From Leptolyngbyaceae cyanobacterium (GTDB lineage: Bacteria > Cyanobacteriota > Cyanobacteriia > Phormidesmidales > Phormidesmidaceae): a DNA stretch of 64,000 nucleotides. The stretch's first letter is position 1, and each line of letters opens with the position of its first letter. The notes below the pieces were generated by a model. That model saw nothing but the letters and a program-made list of their open reading frames with translations, ran no database searches and was not told where the DNA came from. Below, one piece after another: positions 9,655 through 20,661 of this stretch. The DNA lies in contig CBDHHL010000032.1 in NCBI GenBank assembly GCA_965263355.1, positions 2,048,001-2,112,000 on the forward strand, written 5' to 3'. Position numbers and translations under genes: made by a program.

Positions 9655-12600
9655 TTAAACAACCTCAGTAGGCACCTGTGTAGCGCCTAAATCCATTAGG
9701 GCAGACATCATTACATCGGTTAACCCGATCACTCCGTTAATATTCATTCCCTCGTAGGGGCGGGCAGTTTTCATCGTCCTAATGCACTCACTAGATTGGA
9801 TATCCCATAGCCTGATTGTTTCGTCGTCACTGCTGCTAGCGAGTAGCTGACCATTAGCAGAGGGCTTGATCGACCAGATAGACCCCATATGTCCCTGCAA
9901 CTTTCTGATACAGCAACCACTTTCGATATCCCAACATCTGATCGTATTGTCATCACTGCTAGTCGCAATCAGGTTGTCTTCTGCAATAAAGCAGATAGTC
10001 TGCAACCAAGTTATGCCTGTTTGCAAGACTGTCAAGCATTCCCCTGTTAAAACAGAATAGATATGAATGGTTTGGTCAGGGCCAGCAGTCGCCAGTCGTT
10101 TGCCGTTAGCACTGATTGCGATCGCCCAAATCAAGCTAGTATGTCCTGACAAAATCTTCAGGCACTTGCCTGTTTGAACATCCCATAATCGAGTGGTTTT
10201 GTCCCATGAACCACTGGCAAGAATGCCAGCTTGAGCGCTAAATGCTACCGACCACACAGCCCCCTCATGACCTGTGAGGGTTTTTACTAATCGTCCTGAG
10301 GCCGTATCCCACAGATTAATGGTGCAATCTTCAGAACCGCTGGCCAGCATTTGCCGTTTGCCATCTTTGAGAAACGTGACCGATAGTACGGCTGCCTGAT
10401 GCCCTCGCAGTGTTCGAATAGCACAGCCTGATTTTACGTTCCACAGCTTTAAGGTGGTATCGCCGCTAGCGCTGACCAGCATCTCATCATCGTCAGGGTT
10501 AAATACTACATCGTGAATACAGTTAGAATGCCCCGCACAGATTCGTATACACTTTCCTGTCTCGATATGCCATAGCTTCAGGGTTCTGTCACGGCCACCA
10601 CTAACTAAAACGTTGCTGTTGGGGCTAAACGCCACGGAAAGAACTTGATTGGTATGACCTTGCAATGTCTTTAAACATTGGCCTGTCTCTGGATTCCAGA
10701 GCTTTACAAGTTGACAGTGACCACCACTGGCCAATAGATTTTCACGGGGACTAAACGCTACTGAAAAAACCCAGCTATCATGGCCCTGCAGAGTATTGAC
10801 ACAGTCCCCCTGTTTCAGATCCCAGATCTTAACGGTTTGGTCATGGGCACCACTGGCAACAAACTTACTTCGAAAGTCAAAGGCTACAGAAAAAACTCGG
10901 TTTGTATGTCCCTCAAATGTTTTAATGCATTGCCCCGTATTGGTATCCCACAGGTGAACTCGGTAATCTTCATCACCACCAGCAATAAATTGGCCACAGG
11001 TCGAAACTGCAATTGAGCGGATACTACTACCGATACTCTCAAAGGTGCGATCGCACTCACCAGCCTCAATATCCCAAGTTTTGACTGTAGAATCATCGCT
11101 ACAACTAACTAACAAATCTTTCCTCGCTTTATGCCCTTGGCAAGAAACTGAACTGTCTTCGCCATTGACTTGCATAAATTTGACAGAAAGCACCCAGCTC
11201 TGATGGCCTGTCAAGGCTTGAAAGAGCTCACCTGAATTAACATGCCAAAGTCGAATTTTTCGATCATCACAACCACTGGCCAATAACTCACCATCAGGAC
11301 TGAACTCAACCGCCCAAACTTCATCGTCATGCTGACCCAGGATGTTTAAGCAATGCCCCCTTTTGATGTCCCATATTCTAGCAGTACGATCAGTACTTCC
11401 ACTTGCCAGTAAACAACCGTCTGGGCTAAAGGAAATTGAGGTAACCCAACCGGCATGGCTGCCTAGACTATGTAGCAATTGACCAGTGTCAACTTGGTAT
11501 AAGTATATTTCTCCATGGTTATCGCCTACGGCTAAAAGCTTGCCATCAAGAGAAAACGCCACCGAGAAAATGGCTCCAAAGGTATTGGTAAATAAGCAGC
11601 GATCAAAACTAACCCTGGCAAAATTAGTCTTGTTCAGATGTACATTCGTAAAATCTGCTTGCCGAATCGCAATACTTGAAAAGTCACGATTATTTAGATT
11701 TGTTCCCAATTGAATCAGAAGATTGATGATGTTGCCGCCAAGATAGCCAGCATCTAAGTTTACGTTTGTTTGCTGTTGGCTTAAAACTTCGTACAGATGC
11801 AGCTCCAGGTTAGAGCTGCCTCGAAAATTTTGTTTTAGCCGCTCCAGAACAGGCAAAATAAACAAACGGATTTGAACTTGCTTCACATAGTCATCTGCAG
11901 TTGCTTTCATCAAAGCATGTGTAATCAGTAAAGAGAAGTCCTGCTCAACAATTTCTCGACAAGCTTCTTCGACTATCATCATGTTAATGTGGCTGATGAC
12001 AACAGATTGCATAGAAAAACATGAGTCAACCTGTTCAATCAAACAGCGCCGATTTAACGACTCAATAGCTTCAAAAAGATCAGATTTTGACGTTACGGTA
12101 ACTATGTCCTGGCATAGGTCACTTAGGGTAATAGGCTCATGATTAATGGCAAGCCAAATCAATATCTCTCTCTCAAGTTTAGTAAGCCGCCGACAGTGCT
12201 GCTCAATTAAATCTCGAATCCCACCAAATACAACTATTTCTTGAGCTAAAAATTCTGAAATATTGCCATCAAAAACCTCCCTGATCAACGTCGAAGTCAT
12301 TTCCAACGCAAGCGGGTTTCCCTTATAGCGTTCAACGACTTGGTTGAGATGCTCAACTTGACCATTGACCCTCTTTTTCTCAAGAATTTTCCTGCCAAAT
12401 TCAGTCTCTAGCCCTTCTAGTCTCAGGGCTTTGACAGGTATTCCTTCCCCCTCCATAAACGATGTTTCTTTGGGCTTCTCACGAGTTATAATTAACAAAC
12501 AGCTTTGATGAGCAGTTTCGATAACTTTTCTGAAGAGATCGCCATAGGCTTCATAGCCGTTGAGAAATCGCCCAGCATAGTGATTATCACAGAATAAAGC

Positions 12601-13233
12601 ATCAACATTATCTAATACAATCAAGCAGCGAGATGTGCGCAGGCAATCAATCAGTTTTAGTATTTTCTGAAGGTTATTGGCGGATTTGCTAGCGCTTTTA
12701 GATTCACCTGATATTGACTGAACTAAATCGTTTACCAAAATATCAAAGGCGGTCATATTGCGAAGTGATTTCCAAATCACGCAATCAAACTTTTCTATTG
12801 AAGATTCCAGTAGCCGCACAGATAAACTCGTTTTGCCCAGACCACCTATGCCGAACACAGTTACCAAACGGCATTTGTCCACGATGATCCATTGCTGTAG
12901 AAGCTTAAGTTCCTGATCTCTGCCAGCAAAAAACAGGGGAGATGGCATACTCCTTAAGTCTTTGCAAGTTTTCCTAGTTTCACTAGAGTAAAAATCTTCA
13001 GATAACTCAATCTCAAACGCTTGAAAGAGGAGTTCAAGTGTTCGCTTATCAACCTTTTCGCGACTGTTTAACGCTTTTCTAGCGGTGGCAGGATCTAAGC
13101 CTGCTATTTGACCTATTTTCTCAAGTGATAACCGTCCAACTTCATAATGTATGCTTTCATATTCTTTGAGGACCGCTTGAAACTTTTCTAACCCTTCAGT
13201 GGTTAATCTAACCCCTCGATTTCGCCTTTTCAT
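9655..13233 (-). CDS. STAND NTPase: N-terminal HTH + NB-ARC + pentapeptide + WD40 repeats
   Basis: N-terminal [22 protein letters not shown]-like segment; Walker [21 protein letters not shown]; more than 12 GH...WD repeats; C-terminal RPYEGMNI motif. Confidence 0.9.
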   Translation of the reverse strand: MKRRNRGVRLTTEGLEKFQAVLKEYESIHYEVGRLSLEKIGQIAGLDPATARKALNSREKVDKRTLELLFQAFEIELSEDFYSSETRKTCKDLRSMPSPLFFAGRDQELKLLQQWIIVDKCRLVTVFGIGGLGKTSLSVRLLESSIEKFDCVIWKSLRNMTAFDILVNDLVQSISGESKSASKSANNLQKILKLIDCLRTSRCLIVLDNVDALFCDNHYAGRFLNGYEAYGDLFRKVIETAHQSCLLIITREKPKETSFMEGEGIPVKALRLEGLETEFGRKILEKKRVNGQVEHLNQVVERYKGNPLALEMTSTLIREVFDGNISEFLAQEIVVFGGIRDLIEQHCRRLTKLEREILIWLAINHEPITLSDLCQDIVTVTSKSDLFEAIESLNRRCLIEQVDSCFSMQSVVISHINMMIVEEACREIVEQDFSLLITHALMKATADDYVKQVQIRLFILPVLERLKQNFRGSSNLELHLYEVLSQQQTNVNLDAGYLGGNIINLLIQLGTNLNNRDFSSIAIRQADFTNVHLNKTNFARVSFDRCLFTNTFGAIFSVAFSLDGKLLAVGDNHGEIYLYQVDTGQLLHSLGSHAGWVTSISFSPDGCLLASGSTDRTARIWDIKRGHCLNILGQHDDEVWAVEFSPDGELLASGCDDRKIRLWHVNSGELFQALTGHQSWVLSVKFMQVNGEDSSVSCQGHKARKDLLVSCSDDSTVKTWDIEAGECDRTFESIGSSIRSIAVSTCGQFIAGGDEDYRVHLWDTNTGQCIKTFEGHTNRVFSVAFDFRSKFVASGAHDQTVKIWDLKQGDCVNTLQGHDSWVFSVAFSPRENLLASGGHCQLVKLWNPETGQCLKTLQGHTNQVLSVAFSPNSNVLVSGGRDRTLKLWHIETGKCIRICAGHSNCIHDVVFNPDDDEMLVSASGDTTLKLWNVKSGCAIRTLRGHQAAVLSVTFLKDGKRQMLASGSEDCTINLWDTASGRLVKTLTGHEGAVWSVAFSAQAGILASGSWDKTTRLWDVQTGKCLKILSGHTSLIWAIAISANGKRLATAGPDQTIHIYSVLTGECLTVLQTGITWLQTICFIAEDNLIATSSDDNTIRCWDIESGCCIRKLQGHMGSIWSIKPSANGQLLASSSDDETIRLWDIQSSECIRTMKTARPYEGMNINGVIGLTDVMMSALMDLGATQVPTEVV

Positions 13234-14161
13234 AATTTATGAGTTCTACCAAAAGGCACCTTTGGGAAAAAGGACTTATTTTTCTACACAAGGATAATAT
13301 CGCATTACTTAAATTTTCGATAGACTTCCTGCATAATATTTCTATGGTATACTAGAGAGTTTTTGCTACTTTTTATCGTCCTATTGACAGGGGCGAAAAT
13401 TTTAGGATGTTCAAACCCTCTAACGTTTACTTTCATATCGAGCTGAGCCCCTGAATCCGGAAGATAAGCAGTACCAGAGGGGAATAGCTGGCTATCATGC
13501 CAATGCTCTATCCTCAAAAAAGCCCAAGTAATGTACTCATGTAGCTTGATCCCCGATTTGGGTTGTTCACCGTCCATGCCTGCAAACAACTTGAGTGATG
13601 GTGTTCTATTTATATGCAAATGTCTTAAAGTATAAAGATATTTAGGTGCGAATATCTCAAGATTGTTTTTATATTTTTAACGTCTGGTTAAAGACTCCAA
13701 GAAACATAAGGAAGTTAAGCAGGAAGTTAAGCGCGCTCAACTGTTAAAAGACGATTTTCTGTACACGATTACCGTTGCACAACACCGATCTGACTATAAG
13801 GCTAAGTATTTTTGCTTATCAAACTTAAGCTCGGCCTGTTCTTTTGTTTTTTTATATTATTGGTGAAAGTGATTGATTTTTAGATAGTTACAAGCCTCTA
13901 TCGATGCCGATAGACATAACTTTCTCCGTAAAATCCTTATCATTTCTGGTCAAGCTCTAGGTGATAACCGATAGTAGGCCCAGTGGTTTTTTTGGACTTT
14001 GGTCAATTGTTCTCTCAATGGCTACAGGGGTTAACTAACATTCTGCCCACTGACAGGATTGTTATTGATTTGCATCTTTTGGGCCTCTATGTGTGAGGTG
14101 CTTATTTTTTGGCTATACAACTAATAAATAACAAAGTGACCTACGAAAAATCGTTTTTAAG

Positions 14162-14503
14162 GTGAGATCGTTTTTTGAGGTGAGTAATTTGCAAGAATCT
14201 GTTGTCAAAATTCGTTTGTCCAAACCACTTAAATATCATTTCAAGTCACTTTGTGCCAAAAAGGGATTAAAAATGAAGCTTGTACTTGAATCATTGATCC
14301 GTGAATGGGTTGAGTCGAACGGTTCAGTCTCAGGTTTTATAAAACCCTTAGTAGCCAAATCAGATATTACTGAAGAGGACGTTAAAGCCTATATTCATAG
14401 CGAGTTAAAGACTCAGTTTAAGATTCTCTGTGTTCAGCACAATGTGCCCCAACGCTTTGTTCTCTATAACTTAATCCGCCAGTGGATTAGTGATGCATCA
14501 TGA
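14162..14503 (+). CDS. Tandem ribbon-helix-helix (ParG-like) DNA-binding protein
   Basis: Two copies of the motif LKxxFKxLC....xxLIRxW; its stop overlaps the next start (ATGA). Confidence 0.7.
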   Translation: MRSFFEVSNLQESVVKIRLSKPLKYHFKSLCAKKGLKMKLVLESLIREWVESNGSVSGFIKPLVAKSDITEEDVKAYIHSELKTQFKILCVQHNVPQRFVLYNLIRQWISDAS

Positions 14504-15246
14504 CATTCTCGATTCCTGCTCCCAAGTCCTATTTAGGATGTCTGCTGCAATCTTTCAAAACCAGAAAAGATCTGAGGCAGTATCATTTAGATCAAACTCG
14601 TCAGCTTTTGGATAAATCTGTCCTCAGAGCTGCTGAAACAGTACTGAAAGATTATCAACCATTGCCGTTTACGACGTCTCAATGGGTTTGGAAGCTTGCT
14701 AACTTTTACTATTTGACCCATTTTACCTCGCAGTTTATGGCGATGGCTGCTCAGAAATTTGCCGCTCAAGGGCGATCACACTTAGCCAATTGGGCATGGC
14801 AAAAAGCTAAAGAGGAAGATCATCATGATCAACTAGCGTTGCTCGATATTGAATCGTTGGGATATGACCCAATTGCTGTAGTTGAAGCCTTTTCCAGTCA
14901 GTCTGCGCAGCTTATTGACTACTTTCGCCAAACTGTGCAAACCGATGATCCAATTGACTGTGTCGGTTACTGCTATGCGATGGAACGGATTGCAATGAGT
15001 GTACGAGCAGAGCACATTCAAGCGATCGCCGATTCCCTGCCTGTGGGTGTGAGTGCAACACGTTGTTTACACACCCATAGCGCGATCGGTAGCGATGCAT
15101 CCCACGTCAACGAAACTGTTGAAGTTGTTGCAGGACTTAGCCAGCAAACACGCTACAGAATTGCCCAGGCCTGTGAAACAACTACTTTTCTCCATTTTAA
15201 TATGATTAAGGAGTATAGCCTATCGGAACAAGAACTACAGATCTAA
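14500..15246 (+). CDS. Heme-oxygenase-like / TenA-fold putative diiron enzyme
   Basis: EEDHHD, YAMER and HTHSAIGSDASH give the E..H/E/H..D..H ligand pattern of HO-like diiron oxidases. Confidence 0.65.
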   Translation: MTFSIPAPKSYLGCLLQSFKTRKDLRQYHLDQTRQLLDKSVLRAAETVLKDYQPLPFTTSQWVWKLANFYYLTHFTSQFMAMAAQKFAAQGRSHLANWAWQKAKEEDHHDQLALLDIESLGYDPIAVVEAFSSQSAQLIDYFRQTVQTDDPIDCVGYCYAMERIAMSVRAEHIQAIADSLPVGVSATRCLHTHSAIGSDASHVNETVEVVAGLSQQTRYRIAQACETTTFLHFNMIKEYSLSEQELQI

Positions 15247-15371
15247 CTGAAGACATTGAGTCTGAAGACATTGAGTCTTTGACTTAACTGAACAGATGAA
15301 TCAGTTAACCTTAACGGTGAGCTTTAATTTTTCCAACAAATCGATACCCAAAATCAAACAAGGAGCTATCC

Positions 15372-15533
15372 ATGACTATAGCAATGATGTCTGTCAAAGC
15401 GCAAAACTGGTCTCTCTTAAACACACTTTTTTCAAGAGATAAACCCACAACTAACGCTACACATGACCTGGAAAAATTTCTGGATAGCCAACTGAACAAG
15501 GAACTGCTGCCCCTTATTTCAGCAGCTTTCTAA
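15372..15533 (+). CDS. 53-aa small protein (below the ORF-track cutoff)
   Basis: AAGGAG RBS 6 nt before ATG; MTIAMMSVKAQNWSLLNTLFSRDKPTTNATHDLEKFLDSQLNKELLPLISAAF*. Confidence 0.6.
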   Translation: MTIAMMSVKAQNWSLLNTLFSRDKPTTNATHDLEKFLDSQLNKELLPLISAAF

Positions 15534-15639
15534 CAGCAGGTCTGATGAGTGAATGAGTAGTCTGTCAAGTTTAAAGTTTTGGGCAAGACGATGGGGGGTG
15601 CATAGTGTTTCACCGATAACAACTATATTACCTTTTCCA

Positions 15640-15770
15640 GGCTTTGGTGCATAATTCAGCCCTTGATTTACAAGGGTTTCAGGCATTGAACAGGCTATAA
15701 ATAGGGCATTTTACCGGATCTTGATCGCTGAAACCCTTGATATGACTGGATTTATTTATGCACCAAAGCC
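15640..15770. mobile_element. 131-bp MITE with IS903-like terminal inverted repeats
   Basis: Perfect 15-bp TIR GGCTTTGGTGCATAA/TTATGCACCAAAGCC; 9-bp target duplication CCTTTTCCA at 15631-15639 and 15771-15779. Confidence 0.88.
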
Positions 15771-15854
15771 CCTTTTCCACCCAAAATTAAATTCTGACAG
15801 ACTACTCGTATTCTAAATAAGTAGATTGATAGTTGTTAACTTTCGGTTCCGGCT

Positions 15855-17417
15855 ATGCCTCCAGATTACCAAAGTCATTCACTTAACAATCTGACGATGT
15901 TAAAGCATTCGGCTCCATCGCCATACGCACTGAAGTTACTTCTTGATAATTTACAAGACCCCATTATCTGGGTTTCTCACGAGGCTCAGGTTCTCCATGC
16001 TAATTCTGCGACCCTTGAACTATCCACTGAATATCCACAACTGTTGGCTGATACCCTGCTCTATAAACAGGGTTGGAACCTATCCACAAGTGTTTGGCAG
16101 TCCCATTGGCAAAATGCCTTGGAAAGGCATTCCAGTAGTTGGCCAATTAAACTGCAATCACACCATGGCTCGTCACTAAATTTACGAGTACAACTAACTG
16201 CAGTTAGTTTGGAATATGGTTTTTTACAGTTGCAAATACAGTCTCCTTTGTGTGCTACGGATCCTGAAGGTAGCCCTTCGATGGATGCTTCAGTTAATAG
16301 TCCTGCTAGCGATAATAATAAACAATTAATAGAGAGGGCACGGCTTAAATCTATAATTGATGCAACTGGGTTAGGCATCGTTATTTTCAATCTCTCAGGT
16401 GAGATTATTGAAATCAGCTCAGTATTTATGGAAATGTGGTGTCAAAATCACCGCCAAAGCGATTTAAAGACACAAGAGCAGATAAAAGCACTTATTAATA
16501 AATATCTTCAATCACCCAGTAAATTTTCATTCAAAGAAAATTTTGCAGATATTGATCCACAATTAGATTGTCCGCGTTTAAAGCTAGTAGATGGTCGTAC
16601 TATTGAGTATTGGGTATGTTCTGAAAAATCAAATAGTCATGTTATAGGATACGTTTGGAGCTTTCGCGATATTACTCAACGCACAAAAGTAGAGAACGAA
16701 CTGACGCAATCACTCAAACAAGAGCGTGATTTAAGTGATTTAAGAGCCCAATTTTTGCGTGTGATTTCCCATGAGTTCCGTTCTCCACTAAATGACATCG
16801 CCATCTCAGCCAATGCTCTAATACGCTATCAACAACGATGGACAGAAACCGATAAAATTGACTGTATTGAAAGTGTACAATTTGATGTGCAGAAACTTAC
16901 CAAGTTATTAGATGATGTACTTTCAATTAGTCAGACAGATTTATCCCATATTCATTCTCAAAACCAGTCCTTAAACCTCATCCAATTCTGCACTAATCTT
17001 TTAGATGAGTTAAAAAGGCGTGATAATCATCAGCATCCAATAGTGGTTAATCACTATGGTGATTACAATACTATTTTGATCAATGATCAGCTACTTAGGT
17101 TGATTTTAATTAATTTACTATGCAATGCTATCAAATACTCTCCCAACGGTGAGCCTATTCAGCTTGACATTCATTGTGAACAAACCCTCTTAACCATTGA
17201 AGTTCAAGACCGTGGTATTGGGATTTCTAGCGCTGACCAAGTCAATATTTTTAATCCTTTTTGTCGTGGTAGCAACGTTAAATATATTTCTGGATTAGGG
17301 TTGGGCTTGACAATTGTAAAAATGGTTGTTGATTTCTACGGGGGATCCCTTGAAGTCATTAGCGCTATTAACAGAGGAAGTCTATTCCGCATAATACTGC
17401 CTCTCTGTCCTACTTAA
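15855..17417 (+). CDS. PAS-domain sensor histidine kinase
   Basis: ISHEFRSPL H-box; NLLCNAIKYS N-box; DRGIG and GLGLGL G-boxes; WSFRDIT PAS end. Start could be the later ATG at 15897. Confidence 0.92.
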   Translation: MPPDYQSHSLNNLTMLKHSAPSPYALKLLLDNLQDPIIWVSHEAQVLHANSATLELSTEYPQLLADTLLYKQGWNLSTSVWQSHWQNALERHSSSWPIKLQSHHGSSLNLRVQLTAVSLEYGFLQLQIQSPLCATDPEGSPSMDASVNSPASDNNKQLIERARLKSIIDATGLGIVIFNLSGEIIEISSVFMEMWCQNHRQSDLKTQEQIKALINKYLQSPSKFSFKENFADIDPQLDCPRLKLVDGRTIEYWVCSEKSNSHVIGYVWSFRDITQRTKVENELTQSLKQERDLSDLRAQFLRVISHEFRSPLNDIAISANALIRYQQRWTETDKIDCIESVQFDVQKLTKLLDDVLSISQTDLSHIHSQNQSLNLIQFCTNLLDELKRRDNHQHPIVVNHYGDYNTILINDQLLRLILINLLCNAIKYSPNGEPIQLDIHCEQTLLTIEVQDRGIGISSADQVNIFNPFCRGSNVKYISGLGLGLTIVKMVVDFYGGSLEVISAINRGSLFRIILPLCPT

Positions 17418-17491
17418 TTTTAAGAAGTTAACGTCAGTCTCTTAAACCATGAGCAAGTTGATGCATCTACACCCAGGGAGTCCTAAAACCA

Positions 17492-18289
17492 ATGTCAAAG
17501 ATTTTGCTGATTGAAGATTCGTCGCGTACAATTGCTCTTTTTGAAAAGTGTTTGAGTAGCGAAGGGTACGATATTCTAACCGCGCAGAATGGGCAAGACG
17601 GAATTCAGTCTGTTCACAGACATCAGCCTGATCTGATTATTTGCGATATAGCAATGCCGCAATGCAATGGGTTTGAGGTTTTGTCTAGTTTACGTCAAGA
17701 CCCTATGACAGCTATGATACCATTTATTTTTTTGAGCGCGCGCTCTGCCAGGGCAGATGTTCGATATGGCATGGATCTGGGGGCTGACGACTATCTGACA
17801 AAACCCTGCTCAATAGATGAACTTCTCCGTGCTGTGTCAAGTCGTCTAAATCGGCAAAAAACATTTCAGCAATGGTGTATCACTGTGTGTCAGAATGACC
17901 CTTCTGGGGGGCTAAACACCTTTGAAGATCAAGACTCAATTACTCCAGATTCGATTTTTCCTAGTATTCCAAAACTTAGAAAAATTTTTGACTTCATCGA
18001 GGAAAAATTTCGGCAACCAATTACTTTAGCAGATATTGCTAGAGCCACGAATTATTCACCCGCTTATATGACCCACTTGGTTAAACTTCAAACCAAGCGG
18101 AGTGTCCACTGTTGGATTATTGAACGCCGTATGTTAGAGGCGAGGAAACTTCTCTTAGAGGATCATCTTACCGTTAAAGAGATTGCGCTTCAAATTGGTT
18201 ACAGTGATCCTAGCTATTTCATGCGACAGTTTAAGCAGCATCACAAAATATCTGCTAAAGCATGGCAAAAGAAACATTTGCAGGATTGA
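17492..18289 (+). CDS. Response regulator, REC + AraC-type HTH
   Basis: ILLIED, PDLIICD, GADDYLTKP; AraC signature IALQIGYSDPSYFMRQFK. Confidence 0.92.
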   Translation: MSKILLIEDSSRTIALFEKCLSSEGYDILTAQNGQDGIQSVHRHQPDLIICDIAMPQCNGFEVLSSLRQDPMTAMIPFIFLSARSARADVRYGMDLGADDYLTKPCSIDELLRAVSSRLNRQKTFQQWCITVCQNDPSGGLNTFEDQDSITPDSIFPSIPKLRKIFDFIEEKFRQPITLADIARATNYSPAYMTHLVKLQTKRSVHCWIIERRMLEARKLLLEDHLTVKEIALQIGYSDPSYFMRQFKQHHKISAKAWQKKHLQD

Positions 18290-18461
18290 TCTATTAAGAT
18301 AGATACTATTTTTTTGTCCTCAAGATGTACATTTTTGAGGGAAGAGTTCAAAATTTTTTCTATTGTTTACATTCAGACAAGTATCTATGCTTAAGTCAAA
18401 TATTTGTTGGCTTGCAAAGAAATTAAAGCATGACTTGTCATTAGATTATTATGGAGAGACT

Positions 18462-19745
18462 ATGGAAAAACTAGCAATCATTGGGGCTGGCATTTCAGGT
18501 ACCCCTGCTGCATTTTACTTACAAGATCACTATGAAATCGATATTTTTGAAAAAAGCGATCGCGTAGGTGGTCATGCTAATACGCTAGATGTAGCAGAGG
18601 GGGATAAAATTCTCTCTTTCGATACAGCTTTTGTTGTTTGCAATAAGCCTAACTATCCTAATTTATTCAAGTTTTTTGAAGATATTGGCGTCTCAACACA
18701 GAAGCATCTTGGCGGATTTAATTTTTATAATCTGAGCACAGGTCTTCAGTTTAACTCAGATGACTTTAGTCTCACTCCAGCTGAGGTTGAAGCTAAGTAT
18801 GATGCAAACTTTGTTGAAATTTACCGTGAAGCTAATCGATTCTTTGCGGAGTCTAGAAAAGATTTTTGGGCTGGAAAAACTCGACTTCCACTACGGGACT
18901 ATTTGGATCAAAATCAATATAGCCAAGCATTTCGCGATGATTTTGTGATCTTGATGGGCTCAGCTGTTTGGTCAATTCCTGCTGAGTCCTTAATGGACTT
19001 TCCTGCATCTACCTTTATTAGCTTTTTTATGACCCACGATAAAGGTGGATTAGGGGGGCGTGCTGTTGAATGGGAAACCGTAGCCGGAGGTAGCACGCGC
19101 TATGTAGAGAAAGTCAAATCATTGCTCAAACGTCCCATTCGGATCCAAGAAGAGGTATTGTCCGTTAGTCGTGATAATGGTGGTGTAATCGTTAAAACAG
19201 CCAATGGCGAAGAACGCTATGACAAAGCCATTATCGCCACCCATGCGGATCAAGCCTTAAAGCTTCTAACTGCACCAACAGACTTAGAAACATCTATCTT
19301 GGGTTGCTTTAAGTACCACACGACAGACGTGACGGTTCACACCGATCCTGTCATTTTAAATGAAGACAAAACCAAGTGGCAATCCTGGAACTATGGTCAA
19401 ATAGAGAAAGAAGATACGCTATACACATTTGTCACGTACTATGCGAACAAAGTGCATGACTTTGAAGCAGAGAACGACTATTTCGTTTCATTGGATACGC
19501 CGCCCTTAGCACTTGATCCAGAGAAAGTGATTAGAGTTATCCGCTATCGACATCCAGAATATGACATGAATACACTGGAGGCTCAAAAGCAAATTCATGA
19601 TCTAAACGAGAACGGTCCTATTTACTTTTCTGGAACTTACTTTCATGTTAAAAATCGTGGGATTGACTCCTATGGATTCCATGAAAGTGGCATTTCAGCA
19701 GCTTTAGCAGTTGCCAATAAGTTGTTGCCTGAGTCTGTCAATTAA
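18462..19745 (+). CDS. FAD-dependent oxidoreductase (COG2907-like, amine-oxidase fold)
   Basis: IIGAGISG, RVGGHANT, IIATHADQAL, YGFHESG; start placed at ATG 18462 after GGAGAG. Confidence 0.85.
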   Translation: MEKLAIIGAGISGTPAAFYLQDHYEIDIFEKSDRVGGHANTLDVAEGDKILSFDTAFVVCNKPNYPNLFKFFEDIGVSTQKHLGGFNFYNLSTGLQFNSDDFSLTPAEVEAKYDANFVEIYREANRFFAESRKDFWAGKTRLPLRDYLDQNQYSQAFRDDFVILMGSAVWSIPAESLMDFPASTFISFFMTHDKGGLGGRAVEWETVAGGSTRYVEKVKSLLKRPIRIQEEVLSVSRDNGGVIVKTANGEERYDKAIIATHADQALKLLTAPTDLETSILGCFKYHTTDVTVHTDPVILNEDKTKWQSWNYGQIEKEDTLYTFVTYYANKVHDFEAENDYFVSLDTPPLALDPEKVIRVIRYRHPEYDMNTLEAQKQIHDLNENGPIYFSGTYFHVKNRGIDSYGFHESGISAALAVANKLLPESVN

Positions 19746-19778
19746 TTTCACTCATGTCCAATTTTAATTTTTGAAAAA

Positions 19779-19811
19779 TTACTCTCTTAAAATGTAATTT
19801 TAAGAGAGTAA
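19779..19811. terminator. 15-bp perfect hairpin between the oxidoreductase and thioesterase genes
   Basis: TTACTCTCTTAAAAT-GTA-ATTTTAAGAGAGTAA. Confidence 0.45.
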
Positions 19812-19856
19812 TACTGGTACACAGTTTCAAAATCTGTAGTAACAATAGCTGGATAT

Positions 19857-20651
19857 ATGAGTTTTCCCCACATATCAACTAGTTGGCTTGTCTGTCCTAA
19901 TCAGAATTCTGCAGCCAGATTACGATTATTTTGTTTCCCCTGTGCGGGAGGAATGATATCTGCCTATACTCGTTGGGCTAAATTGTTACCTTCAGACATT
20001 GAAGTTCATGTCGTGCATTTGCCGGGTCGAGGGAAGCGTTTTGAGGAACCACTTTTTCTGCGTTTAACTGATCTGCTACCTGTTCTTGCTGAGGCGATGA
20101 TGCCCTATTTGGATATTCCTTTTGCTTTTCTGGGGCATAGCATGGGAGCTGTTCTATGTTTTGAGTTAGCACGCTACCTGCGCAAAGAAAAAGCCAACTT
20201 TCCTTTGCACTTAATCTGTTGTAGCTGTCCAGCACCACAAACGCCCATAGCTACACCGCACATTCATACCCTGGACCAGAAAGAATTTTTGGCTGAATTG
20301 AATCTTCGCTACAATGCTATACCTTCCCATATTCAGAATGATCCAGATATTCTCGGTCTCTTTTTGCCAAGTTTACGTGGAGATTTTACAATACTTGAGA
20401 ATTATGAGTATACGCCTGATTTACCATTAAATTGTCCAATTAGTGTTTATTCTGGACTACAAGATAAAGCTATTAGTGATTCTGACCTTGCTGGATGGTG
20501 TGATCAAACCAGTAAGGACTTTGAATTGATTATGTTTAAAGGAGATCACTTTTTTCTGCACAATCCTTCTCAAGCGTTAGTAGATAGATTAACTCATACA
20601 TTAAAAAATCTTAGTAGCGCTAAGGAGTCAATGTTGGGCACATTTGTTTGA
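19857..20651 (+). CDS. Type II thioesterase (GrsT/RifR family)
   Basis: RLFCFPCAGG, LPGRG, GHSMG nucleophile motif, GDHFF. Confidence 0.93.
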   Translation: MSFPHISTSWLVCPNQNSAARLRLFCFPCAGGMISAYTRWAKLLPSDIEVHVVHLPGRGKRFEEPLFLRLTDLLPVLAEAMMPYLDIPFAFLGHSMGAVLCFELARYLRKEKANFPLHLICCSCPAPQTPIATPHIHTLDQKEFLAELNLRYNAIPSHIQNDPDILGLFLPSLRGDFTILENYEYTPDLPLNCPISVYSGLQDKAISDSDLAGWCDQTSKDFELIMFKGDHFFLHNPSQALVDRLTHTLKNLSSAKESMLGTFV

Positions 20652-20661
20652 AGGAGACTAA

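Noticed and set aside
13305..13619. 104-aa ORF upstream of the STAND gene
   Set aside because: TTG start, no RBS or recognisable motif; lies in a divergent promoter region
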